Positions 30,748 through 38,818 of a stretch of 48,388 nt of DNA are shown piece by piece. The DNA lies in the NCBI GenBank assembly GCA_025965515.1, contig JAOPWU010000002.1, positions 1-48,388 on the forward strand, given 5' to 3'. The position numbers and the translations under genes are program-made. The notes beneath the pieces are model-generated. The model was not told where the DNA came from and did not search any database. It was given only the letters and a program-made list of their open reading frames with translations. The DNA comes from Mycobacterium sp. Lineage in GTDB: Bacteria; Actinomycetota; Actinomycetes; RYN-182. Every line of letters starts with the position of its first letter. The stretch's first letter is position 1.

Positions 30748-31935
30748 TCAGCCGTCGACGCAGTCGCAGCAGCAGGCGTTGCAGGCGAGGTTGGCGCAGC
30801 AGTTGCACGCGAGCATCTCGCCGCAGCTCGGGCCACGGCGGTAGCCGTAGCCCGGGGGCGGGTAGCCGCGCCCGAACCGTCCCTGCGGGGGATAGCCGTA
30901 CCCCGGCGGCGGGTAGCCGCCCCCGCCGTACCGGCCGCCCCGCGGGCCGCAGCCGCCACCGCCCCGGAAGCCGCCCCCGAAGACAGCGGTGAGCAGCAGG
31001 CCCCACAGCGCGGCCAGGGCGCCCAGCGGCGCCAGGACGGAGCCGCCCCGTCGCTGTGCGGGCACGGCCACGGCGGGGCGGCAGCACGTCGCCTCGTGGT
31101 CCGGGAGCACGCGGTGGACCGCGCGGCGCAGCTCCCGGCCCAGCAGTACGTCGGCCAGCTCGGCGTCCACGAAGGCGGTCTCCCCCAGCGCCCGCCCGAC
31201 CTCCGCGAGCAGCTCATGCGCGAGCGCCGCGGCCGCGGGGTCGTCGGTGCCGGTGACCTCGAGCGGGTTGAACCGGCCGGCCGCCCGGTCCGCGGTCCGG
31301 TCCTGCACCGCGTCCAGCAGGTGCACCAACTGGCCGAACGCCTGGCCGCACGCGGCGAGCGGCGCGACGTTGGCCGGCCGGTCGGCGACCACGGCGGTGT
31401 GGGCGAACAAGGCGGCCACCGCGTCACCCGTAGGCCGCAGCAGCGCCCGGAGGCCCGGCGCGACCTGGCGCTCGACCGCAGCCGCCGCGCGGGGTGCCGC
31501 GAGGATCGGCCCCGTGGCGAGCCCCAGGTCGGCGGCCAGCGCGCCGCCGGTGCGAGCCAGGCGTCGGGCCACCCGCCCGGCGGGCTGCCGCAGGGCACGC
31601 GGCAGGTCCTCGTCCGCCACCTTGTCGGCCAGCCCCGCGCTCCCGGTGAGCAGCGCGCCCGCGGCGGCCAACCGGCCGGCGGCGCTCTCACTCGCGACCA
31701 CGGTCGCCCGCGCGAAGCCGCGCAGCGGGCACGGCGCCGCGTCGGTCGTGGGGACGGAACCCGCCTGCGCCTCCACCAGCACGCTGAGCAGCAGGACGTC
31801 GTAGCCGGTGAGCGCGCGCTCCGGCTGCCCCGCCACGTCCCGCAGGGTCAGACAGAGGCCGCACAGGTGCGCCTGCCAGCGCTCGTACAGCCTCGGCCCC
31901 AGATGGTCGCGGCAGGGCCGCACGATGCCTCTCAT
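30748..31935 (-). CDS. DUF5685-like protein with TM segment, GYPP repeats and Cys-rich C-terminus
   Basis: MRGIVRPC...AHLCGLCLTL, APCPLRG, LLDAVQD...D...G.FNPL fit DUF5685 as I recall it. The tail is read directly. Confidence 0.75.
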   Translation of the reverse strand: MRGIVRPCRDHLGPRLYERWQAHLCGLCLTLRDVAGQPERALTGYDVLLLSVLVEAQAGSVPTTDAAPCPLRGFARATVVASESAAGRLAAAGALLTGSAGLADKVADEDLPRALRQPAGRVARRLARTGGALAADLGLATGPILAAPRAAAAVERQVAPGLRALLRPTGDAVAALFAHTAVVADRPANVAPLAACGQAFGQLVHLLDAVQDRTADRAAGRFNPLEVTGTDDPAAAALAHELLAEVGRALGETAFVDAELADVLLGRELRRAVHRVLPDHEATCCRPAVAVPAQRRGGSVLAPLGALAALWGLLLTAVFGGGFRGGGGCGPRGGRYGGGGYPPPGYGYPPQGRFGRGYPPPGYGYRRGPSCGEMLACNCCANLACNACCCDCVDG

Positions 31936-31990
31936 GGCGGGCCCCCTTCCCCCACAGCGGCGCAAACACCCTCGGCGCCCCGGCGCCCCC

Positions 31991-32638
31991 TCACGGCGTG
32001 GGCACGCCGGTGGCCCCGGCACCGAAGATCGGGGGCACCGGGATCTTGCGATTGATCTCCTGTGTCTGCCCCAGGGTGGAGCGCGCGACGTCCAGCAGCT
32101 GCTGCTGCAGGTCCCGCGACTGCTGGAGCGTCGCCAGCGTGGTGCGGGCGACGGCCAGCGCCTGTTGCCCCGTCGCCAGCGTCTGCTGTGCGACGTCGAG
32201 CGCGGTCCGGGCGAGCGCCACGCCCGCCTGCACCGCAGCGGTCACGGTGTCGATGTCGCCCTTGAGGGTCTGCAGCGGCCCCAGGGCCGTGAGCACCTGC
32301 CGCACGGTGGCCAGCGCGGCGTCCGTCTGGCTGCGGATGGCGGCGGTGTCCTGCGCCGCGCCCGCGGCCGTCTGCAGCGCCTGGCTGCTGAGGGCCAGCC
32401 CCTGCTGCTGCAGGACGAGCGACTGCTCCGTCGCGTGCAGCGTGCGGTCCGCGTCGGCCAAGCTGGCGCGCCCGGTGTCGAGCGTCTGGTAGATGCCCGC
32501 ACGGGACGCGCCGAGGTCCTTGCGGACCTGCCCGATGTCGTCGCGAGCGCCGCGGGCGGGCCCGAAGACGAGTGCGGAGACGGCGGCCAGGAGCACGGCA
32601 CCGATGGCGAGGAGCAGGCCGAACTGCGGGCGCGTCAC
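31991..32638 (-). CDS. N-terminally anchored or secreted coiled-coil hypothetical protein
   Basis: Hydrophobic N-terminus followed by Ala/Gln/Thr/Leu heptads. AAAGGA RBS. Confidence 0.72.
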   Translation of the reverse strand: MTRPQFGLLLAIGAVLLAAVSALVFGPARGARDDIGQVRKDLGASRAGIYQTLDTGRASLADADRTLHATEQSLVLQQQGLALSSQALQTAAGAAQDTAAIRSQTDAALATVRQVLTALGPLQTLKGDIDTVTAAVQAGVALARTALDVAQQTLATGQQALAVARTTLATLQQSRDLQQQLLDVARSTLGQTQEINRKIPVPPIFGAGATGVPTP

Positions 32639-32744
32639 GAGGAATCCTTTCCCGGACCCACCCGGGCACCGGTGCTGTCGAGCACGCGGTGCGGCGCACC
32701 CATGCCCCGCTCCTCTACCGCACCGGCGTAGGAAGTCCCGCCGC

Positions 32745-32760
32745 TGTGGCGGACCTCACA
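32745..32760. promoter_or_regulatory. CRP/GlxR-like box TGTGG-CGGACC-TCACA
   Basis: One mismatch to TGTGA-N6-TCACA, near the centre of a divergent intergenic region. Confidence 0.55.
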
Positions 32761-32891
32761 GTGACCGGACGGCCACGACGCGCGTGCGGTCCACCTGAGC
32801 ACTGACTGACAGCAGCCCGTGCGTGCGGTGTCATCCGCGAACCACCGGGCGGGTAACCGCACACCACCAGCTGATCGACAAAGGAGTCACC

Positions 32892-33359
32892 TTGACAGCC
32901 ACATCACCTCGCGGCCTCGCCGGGCGCAGCCTTCTCCAGACCGCCGCTCTCGGCGTGGGCGCCGTCTTCCTGCTCGTCGGCATCCTCGGGTTCATCCCAG
33001 GGATCACGACCCACTACGGCGACATGAGCGGCGCCGGCCACGACTCCATGGCGAAGCTCCTGGGCGTCTTCCAGGTATCGATCCTGCACAACATCGTCCA
33101 CCTGCTCTTCGGCATCGCAGGGATCGCGCTGTCGCGCGACGACGCGCGCGCCCGGGCCTTCCTGACCGGCGGCGGGGCCATCTACCTCGTGCTCTGGATC
33201 TACGGGCTCGTCATCGACCAGACGAGCAGCGCCAACTTCGTGCCGGTGAACACGGCCGACAACTGGCTGCACTTCGTTCTGGGCGCGGGGATGATCGCGC
33301 TCGGCGAGGGGCTCTGGCGCGCCCGCCGAGGCTCGCTGAACACGGGTGCTACCACCTGA
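32892..33359 (+). CDS. DUF4383 family membrane protein
   Basis: VGILGFIPGIT, LLGVFQVSILHNIVHLLFG, ANFVPVNTADNWLH. AAGGAG RBS, TTG start. Confidence 0.87.
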   Translation: MTATSPRGLAGRSLLQTAALGVGAVFLLVGILGFIPGITTHYGDMSGAGHDSMAKLLGVFQVSILHNIVHLLFGIAGIALSRDDARARAFLTGGGAIYLVLWIYGLVIDQTSSANFVPVNTADNWLHFVLGAGMIALGEGLWRARRGSLNTGATT

Positions 33360-33382
33360 GCGGCAGCACCGCACCACGTACC

Positions 33383-33421
33383 TCCCGCACCGCCCCGGCC
33401 ACCGGCCGGGGCGGTGCGGGA
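33383..33421. terminator. 18-bp perfect-stem hairpin between convergent genes
   Basis: TCCCGCACCGCCCCGGCC-ACC-GGCCGGGGCGGTGCGGGA. Confidence 0.8.
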
Positions 33422-33423
33422 CG

Positions 33424-33702
33424 TCAGGGAGCGGCCGCTTCCTCGATCAGGCCGGGTGGAGCCGCGTCGAGCATGACGAGGATCGCCTCGGCCAGCTCCC
33501 GGGCCCGCGCAGGGTCCAGCTCCACCGCGACCCGGGCGGCCGCGCCCCGCTCGGGGTTGCGGAAGTCGATGTTGAGCGTGTGCGCGGCGGGGGCGTCGAC
33601 CGGGTGGTCCAGGTAGACCGTGGCGGCGGTGAGCGGGAACCAGCCGGTGGCGCCCTTCCCCGACCCGCTCATCGGCACGGTGGCCGTCTGATAGGTGCAC
33701 AC
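33424..33702 (-). CDS. Small conserved hypothetical protein (DUF6295-like)
   Basis: MCTY...GSGKG..GWF....VYLDHP.....HTLNIDF.NP....ARVAVEL. Family name is from memory. 10 nt downstream of the DLH gene. Confidence 0.72.
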   Translation of the reverse strand: MCTYQTATVPMSGSGKGATGWFPLTAATVYLDHPVDAPAAHTLNIDFRNPERGAAARVAVELDPARARELAEAILVMLDAAPPGLIEEAAAP

Positions 33703-33712
33703 TCCCCGCTCC

Positions 33713-34456
33713 TCAGCCGCTCAGGTTCTGGCCGAAGAACGCCCAGATCTTCTGCCAGCCGTCCTTGGCCGCCTCCGGCCGGTAGCTCGGCCGCTCCACC
33801 GCGAAGAACGCGTGCCCTGCGCCGGAGTAGGTGTGGAACTCGTGCGGCTTGCCGGCCTCGGTCAGGAGCTTGTCGAGCTCGGCCACCTGGTCCGGCGAGG
33901 GGTAGCTGTCCTCGGCCCCGAAGAGCCCGAGCAGCGGGCACCGCAGGTCCGGGACCCGGTCCGCCAGTGACCGGACGTGCAGCGGGAAGCCCTCGGGGGG
34001 CGTGCCGATGACGAACGCCCCGTAGCAGTCGACGGCGGCCTGGAGGTCCACGCTGGTCGCGGCGAGGAACGACTGCCGGCCCCCGGAGCAGTAGCCGATC
34101 GTGCCCACCTTGCCGTTCGACCCGGGCAGCGCGCGCAGGTACGCGGCTGCTCCGGCGACATCGCCCACGAGGCGGTCGTCGGGGACGCCACCGGCCGCCC
34201 GGGCCGCCGCTGCCGCGTCGTCGGGGTCCGCCCCGGGCGCCTCGCGGCTGTACAGGTTGGGGCAGAGCGCCAGGTAGCCGTGTGCGGCGAACCGCCGGGT
34301 GATCTCGAGGGTGGCCTCGTCGTAACCAGGCATGTGGTGAATGACGACGACAGCGCCGTAGTCCCCGTCGTCCAACGGCCGGGCCAGGTACGCCTCGATC
34401 TCGTCGCCCTTCGCCCCTGGGATGCGGACGGTCTCGGCCCGCAGGTCTCCGATCAC
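33713..34456 (-). CDS. Dienelactone hydrolase family protein
   Basis: GYCSGG Cys nucleophile, FGAED, AGHAFF. GGAGGAGG RBS. Confidence 0.93.
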   Translation of the reverse strand: MIGDLRAETVRIPGAKGDEIEAYLARPLDDGDYGAVVVIHHMPGYDEATLEITRRFAAHGYLALCPNLYSREAPGADPDDAAAAARAAGGVPDDRLVGDVAGAAAYLRALPGSNGKVGTIGYCSGGRQSFLAATSVDLQAAVDCYGAFVIGTPPEGFPLHVRSLADRVPDLRCPLLGLFGAEDSYPSPDQVAELDKLLTEAGKPHEFHTYSGAGHAFFAVERPSYRPEAAKDGWQKIWAFFGQNLSG

Positions 34457-34596
34457 CGATGTCCTCCTCCTGCCCGGCCGGCCGGGCGCCGCCCCGGTGC
34501 GCGCCGAGCGTATGTCCGTCCGCCCGTTCATACTGACGCGCCGGAGATCGCGGGAATCCGAGCAGTTGCCTGACACACCGTGCTGGAATGGGGATG

Positions 34597-34612
34597 CGTG
34601 AGCCCCGCCACA
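34597..34612. promoter_or_regulatory. CRP/GlxR-like box CGTGA-GCCCCG-CCACA
   Basis: GTGA-N6-CCAC with the correct spacing, 30 nt upstream of the CoA ligase start. Confidence 0.4.
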
Positions 34613-34642
34613 CCCAGTCGGGGCCGCCCGAAGGAGCAAGCA

Positions 34643-36220
34643 ATGACCAGCGTCGAGACCCCGCCCACCACCGCGCTCCCCACCCCGCAGACGGGCCTGT
34701 CCCTGCAGCGGCTGTCGGAGCTCGCCTGGGAGCGCAACGGCGCCGAGAACCGGCTGATCTTCGAGGGCACCACCTGGACCGGCCTGCAGCTCGCCGAGCG
34801 GGCGCGCCGGCTGTCCGGGGGGCTGCGCCGCGCCGGGCTGCAGCCGGGGCAGCGCGTGGTCGTGTGCATGTCGAACTGCCCCGAGGTGGGGATCGCCTAC
34901 CAGGCGATCTGGCGGGCCGGCGCGGTGGCCACGCCCGTGATCTTCCTGCTGCGGGAGGACGAACTCGCCCACGTGCTCGTCGACAGCGGCGCCACGTTCG
35001 TGATCACGACGCCGGAGTTCCTGCCGAAGGTCGCCGCGGCGTCCGCCGGCACGACGGAGCTCCGCGGGATCATCGTCGTCGGGGACAGCCCTGCCGCGGC
35101 GGCGGCGGTCCCGGTACTCCCCTACGCCGACCTCGAGGACGGCGAGGAGGGGTCGCTCGTCGAGGCGGACAGCACCGAGATGGCCGCCCTCATGTACACG
35201 GGCGGCACGACGGGGCGCTCCAAGGGCGTCATCCTGAGCCACGACGCGCTCTCCGCGTCCGCGTGGGCCGCGACCGCGTCGGCGTACGACCCGGAGCTCG
35301 CGGTCTCGCTGCTGCCGCTCCCGCTCTCCCACGTCTACGGGCTGATGCTCAACGTCACCGGCCTGCACGCGCCGCGCCCGGGTACCCAGGTGCTGTTGCG
35401 GTGGTTCGACGTCACCAGCTGGCTGCGGCTCGCCGCCGAGCACCGGGTGCAGACCAGCGCGGTCGTCCCCTCGATGATCCAGCTGCTGCTGGCCCAGCCG
35501 CTGGAGGACTACGACCTGTCGGCGCTGCGCCGGGTCGGCAGCGGCGGGGCCCCGCTGCTGAAGGAGGTGGCGGACGCGTTCCGCGCCCGGCTGCCGCACG
35601 TCGAGGTCACCGAGGGGTACGGCTGCACCGAGACCGCCGCCATCATCGCGACGACGCCGCTCGGGCGCGGCCGGCAGGGCAGCGTCGGCAAGCCCGCGCC
35701 GAGCGTGCGGGTGCGCATCGAGCTGCCGGACGGCAGCGAGGCGCCCCAGGGAGCCGACGGGGAGATCTGCGTGGCGGGGCCGACGCTGATGACCGGCTAC
35801 TGGCATGCGCCCGAGGAGACGGCGATCGCGATGCGGGACGGCTGGCTGCACACCGGCGACATCGGCCACTTCGACGCCGACGGCTACCTGTACGTGGTCG
35901 ACCGGATCAAGGACCTCATCATCCGGGGCGGCTTCAACGTCTACCCGCGCGACGTCGAGGACGTGATGCTGGCGCACCCCGACGTGGTCGCGTGCGCCGT
36001 GGTCGGGCGCCCCGACACGACCTACGGCGAGGAGGTCGTCGCCTTCGTGCAGCTGCGGCCGGGGGCCACGGCGACGGTCGAGGAGCTGGTCGCGCACGCC
36101 CGCGAGCACCTCTCCGCCACCAAGTACCCCCGTGAGGTGCGCATCCTCGACGCCGTGCCGCTCACGAGCGTCGGGAAGACCGACCGCAAGGCCGTGCGGC
36201 GCACGCTGCTGGACGGCTGA
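34643..36220 (+). CDS. Long-chain-fatty-acid--CoA ligase (FadD-like)
   Basis: YTGGTTGRSKG, PLSHVYG, EGYGCTE, TGDIG, DRIKDLIIRGGFNVYP, GKTDRK. Confidence 0.93.
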   Translation: MTSVETPPTTALPTPQTGLSLQRLSELAWERNGAENRLIFEGTTWTGLQLAERARRLSGGLRRAGLQPGQRVVVCMSNCPEVGIAYQAIWRAGAVATPVIFLLREDELAHVLVDSGATFVITTPEFLPKVAAASAGTTELRGIIVVGDSPAAAAAVPVLPYADLEDGEEGSLVEADSTEMAALMYTGGTTGRSKGVILSHDALSASAWAATASAYDPELAVSLLPLPLSHVYGLMLNVTGLHAPRPGTQVLLRWFDVTSWLRLAAEHRVQTSAVVPSMIQLLLAQPLEDYDLSALRRVGSGGAPLLKEVADAFRARLPHVEVTEGYGCTETAAIIATTPLGRGRQGSVGKPAPSVRVRIELPDGSEAPQGADGEICVAGPTLMTGYWHAPEETAIAMRDGWLHTGDIGHFDADGYLYVVDRIKDLIIRGGFNVYPRDVEDVMLAHPDVVACAVVGRPDTTYGEEVVAFVQLRPGATATVEELVAHAREHLSATKYPREVRILDAVPLTSVGKTDRKAVRRTLLDG

Positions 36221-36262
36221 CCCGCGGCCCGGGTCGGGTGCGGTAGCCGCGGGCGCCCGCCG

Positions 36263-36541
36263 TCAGGGCGCGTCCGGCTCGCGGAAGATCGGGTTCAGCC
36301 CGTCGTCCTGCGGGCCGGCCTCCGCCGACGGCAGCGGGGCGTCGTCGTCCGCCGCGAACAGGACCGCGGGGCTCGCCTCCAGCGGCTCCAGCAGCGGCGG
36401 CTCGGGAACACGGAGCTCCTCGAGTACCCCGCTGTCGCCGGGCCCGGGCCGGTCCGCCAGCCGGTCACCGGGCTCCCCCTCGTCGCTCCCCGTCATCATG
36501 GCCGTGTCGGGCACCGGCCCCGTGGTCGCGTTCTCGGTCAT
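36263..36541 (-). CDS. Small acidic Pro-rich hypothetical protein (92 aa)
   Basis: GGAGGAG RBS, ATG start, fills the intergenic gap. Confidence 0.6.
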   Translation of the reverse strand: MTENATTGPVPDTAMMTGSDEGEPGDRLADRPGPGDSGVLEELRVPEPPLLEPLEASPAVLFAADDDAPLPSAEAGPQDDGLNPIFREPDAP

Positions 36542-36625
36542 CCCGCTCCTCCAGCTCTCGTGGTCCCTGCGTTCCCCGTCACGTGCACCGCATCCGCGAC
36601 GCACGCCGGCGGGTAGGTTCGCCGC

Positions 36626-37255
36626 GTGACGAGCGTCGGGCTGCTGCTGGCGGCCGGCGCGGGCACCCGGTTCGGCCGGCCCAAGGCGCTGGTCCGGTTC
36701 GACGGCGAGCTGCTGGTCGAGCGGGGCCTGCGACTGCTGCACGAGGGCGGCTGCACGGCCGTCGTGGTCGTCCTGGGCGCGGAGGCCGAGCGGGTGCGCG
36801 CCGCCGCCGACCTGGGACGCGCCCGGGTCGTGGTGGCCGACGACTGGGCCGCGGGACAGTCGGCGTCGCTGACGGCCGGGCTGGCCGCTGCTGCGGACAC
36901 GGCCGCGACAGCCGCGATCGTCACCCTGGTCGACCAGCCGTTGCTGGGGCCGGCGGCGGTAGCGCGCCTGCGCGATGCGGGAAAGGGCACCGCCGGGAGC
37001 GCTCCCGCGGACGCGGCCATGGCCACCTACGGCGGCCGCCCGGGGCACCCGGTCCTGCTCGGCCGTGCGGTCTGGGCCGAGGTCGCCGCGCAGGCGACCG
37101 GGGACACCGGTGCCCGGGCGTGGCTGCGGGCGCACCCGGAGCGGGTGCGGCTGGTGCCCTGCGACGGCACCGGCCGACCGGACGATGCGGACACTCCGGC
37201 GGAACTCGCGCGGCTCGAGGCGCTCGGGCGCGTACCGGGGGCGTCCCCCGGGTAG
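36626..37255 (+). CDS. mocA: Molybdenum cofactor cytidylyltransferase-like NTP transferase
   Basis: LLAAGAGTRFGRPKAL, GQSASL..GL, LVDQP, GHPV, GDTGAR, DADTP; upstream of an Xdh-family operon. Confidence 0.82.
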   Translation: MTSVGLLLAAGAGTRFGRPKALVRFDGELLVERGLRLLHEGGCTAVVVVLGAEAERVRAAADLGRARVVVADDWAAGQSASLTAGLAAAADTAATAAIVTLVDQPLLGPAAVARLRDAGKGTAGSAPADAAMATYGGRPGHPVLLGRAVWAEVAAQATGDTGARAWLRAHPERVRLVPCDGTGRPDDADTPAELARLEALGRVPGASPG

Positions 37256-37289
37256 CGGCGACCTCGGGAGCACCCGAGGAGGCGCGCGG

Positions 37290-37832
37290 ATGACGGGACA
37301 AGCCGGCGGGACGGTGGGCGCCGCGACGCACGGCAGCGTGACCCTCACGGTGAACGGGCGGCCGACCTCCCTGGACGTCGACCACCGCACGACGCTGCTG
37401 GACGCGCTGCGCGAGACGCTGGGGCTGACCGGGACGAAGAAGGGGTGCGACCGCGGCCAGTGCGGTGCGTGCACGGTCCTGCTGGACGGCCGCCGGGCCA
37501 ACGCCTGCCTGCTGCTCGCCGTCGCATGCGACGGCCGGGAGGTCGTCACCGTCGAGGGTCTGGCACCGGACGGGAGCCTGCATCCGGTGCAGCAGGCGTT
37601 CGTGGCCGCCGACGCGTTCCAGTGCGGGTACTGCACCCCGGGCCAGATCTGCTCCGCCGTAGGCATGCTCGCGGAGGCCCGCGCGGGGTGGCCCAGCGCG
37701 GTCACGCCCGACCCCACCGCGCCAACCGTCACCCTGGACGAGGCGGAGGTCCGCGAACGGATGAGCGGGAACATCTGCCGCTGCGCGGCCTACGTCAACA
37801 TCGTGCCGGCGGTCCTGCAGGCCGCCCGGTGA
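37290..37832 (+). CDS. Xanthine dehydrogenase/aldehyde oxidoreductase [2Fe-2S] subunit (PaoA/YagT-like)
   Basis: GTKKGCDRGQCGACT, FQCGYCTPGQ, MSGNICRC. Confidence 0.95.
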   Translation: MTGQAGGTVGAATHGSVTLTVNGRPTSLDVDHRTTLLDALRETLGLTGTKKGCDRGQCGACTVLLDGRRANACLLLAVACDGREVVTVEGLAPDGSLHPVQQAFVAADAFQCGYCTPGQICSAVGMLAEARAGWPSAVTPDPTAPTVTLDEAEVRERMSGNICRCAAYVNIVPAVLQAAR

Positions 37833-38818
37833 AGCCCTTCGCGTACGAGCGGGCCGCGGACGTGGCCGGGGCCGTCGCGGCGGTCACCGCCTCGCCGGGG
37901 GCGGCCTTCCTCGGCGGCGGCACCAACCTCGTCGACTACCTGAAGATCGGCACGCTGCGGCACGATCTGCTCGTCGACGTGACCGGGCTGCCACTCGACC
38001 GGGTCGAGGACCTCCCCGACGGCGGGCTGCGCATCGGGGCCGGCGTGCGCAACAGCGACCTGGCCGCGCACCCCGCCGTGCGGGAGCGCTACCCGGTCCT
38101 CTCGCAAGCGGTGCTGGCCGGCGCCAGCGGGCAGCTGCGCAACCTCGCGACCACCGGCGGCAACCTGCTGCAGCGGACACGCTGCCTGTACTTCCAGGAC
38201 GTCAGCAAGCCGTGCAACAAGCGGGAGCCGGGGACCGGCTGCCCGGCCCGGGACGGGGAGCACCGCGACCTCGCCGTGCTGGGCTGGTCGGACGCCTGCG
38301 TGGCCACATATCCGGGCGACATGGCGGTCGCGCTGGCCGCCCTCGACGCGACCGTGCGGGTCACCGGCCCCGCCGGCGACCGGGTCATCCCCCTCGAGGA
38401 ACTCCACCGGCTGCCCGGCGACGAGCCGCAGCGGGACTCGACGCTCGCGCACGGGGAGCTCATCACCGCGGTCGACCTTCCGCCACTGCCGCTGGCCCGC
38501 CGGTCGAGCTACGGCAAGGCCCGCGACCGGGCGTCCTTCGCATTCGCCCTGGCGTCGGTCGCCGCCGCGCTGGAGGTCCGCGACGGGCTGGTCGCGGACC
38601 TCCGCCTCGCCTTCGGGTCGGTGGCGCACAAGCCCTGGCGCGCGCACCACGCCGAGGAGGCCCTGCGCGGCGCGCCCGCGACGCCGGAGAGCTACGCCCG
38701 GGCGCTGGACGCCGAGCTGGAGCAGGCCCGACCGCTGCGGGACAACGGGTTCAAGATCCTGCTGCTACGGCGCATGGCCACGGCCGCACTGGACGAGCTC
38801 GCCGGAGGTGCCGCGTGA
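37829..38818 (+). CDS. FAD-binding subunit (PaoB/YagS-like) with Cys-containing [4Fe-4S] insert
   Basis: LGGGTNLVD, AGASGQLRN.AT.GGNLLQRTRC.YF, CNKR.PG.GC, RDRASFAFAL. Confidence 0.95.
   Translation: MKPFAYERAADVAGAVAAVTASPGAAFLGGGTNLVDYLKIGTLRHDLLVDVTGLPLDRVEDLPDGGLRIGAGVRNSDLAAHPAVRERYPVLSQAVLAGASGQLRNLATTGGNLLQRTRCLYFQDVSKPCNKREPGTGCPARDGEHRDLAVLGWSDACVATYPGDMAVALAALDATVRVTGPAGDRVIPLEELHRLPGDEPQRDSTLAHGELITAVDLPPLPLARRSSYGKARDRASFAFALASVAAALEVRDGLVADLRLAFGSVAHKPWRAHHAEEALRGAPATPESYARALDAELEQARPLRDNGFKILLLRRMATAALDELAGGAA

Noticed and set aside
32639-32891. Riboswitch or ncRNA in the longer intergenic regions (also 1409-1619, 10261-10400, 34457-34642)
   Set aside because: I recognised no conserved riboswitch, tRNA or ncRNA motif by eye. 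An Infernal/Rfam scan would be needed to exclude one.
25057-36220. Secondary-metabolite (NRPS/PKS) cluster suggested by two adenylation enzymes
   Set aside because: No carrier protein, condensation or ketosynthase domains. Both enzymes look like stand-alone CoA ligases.
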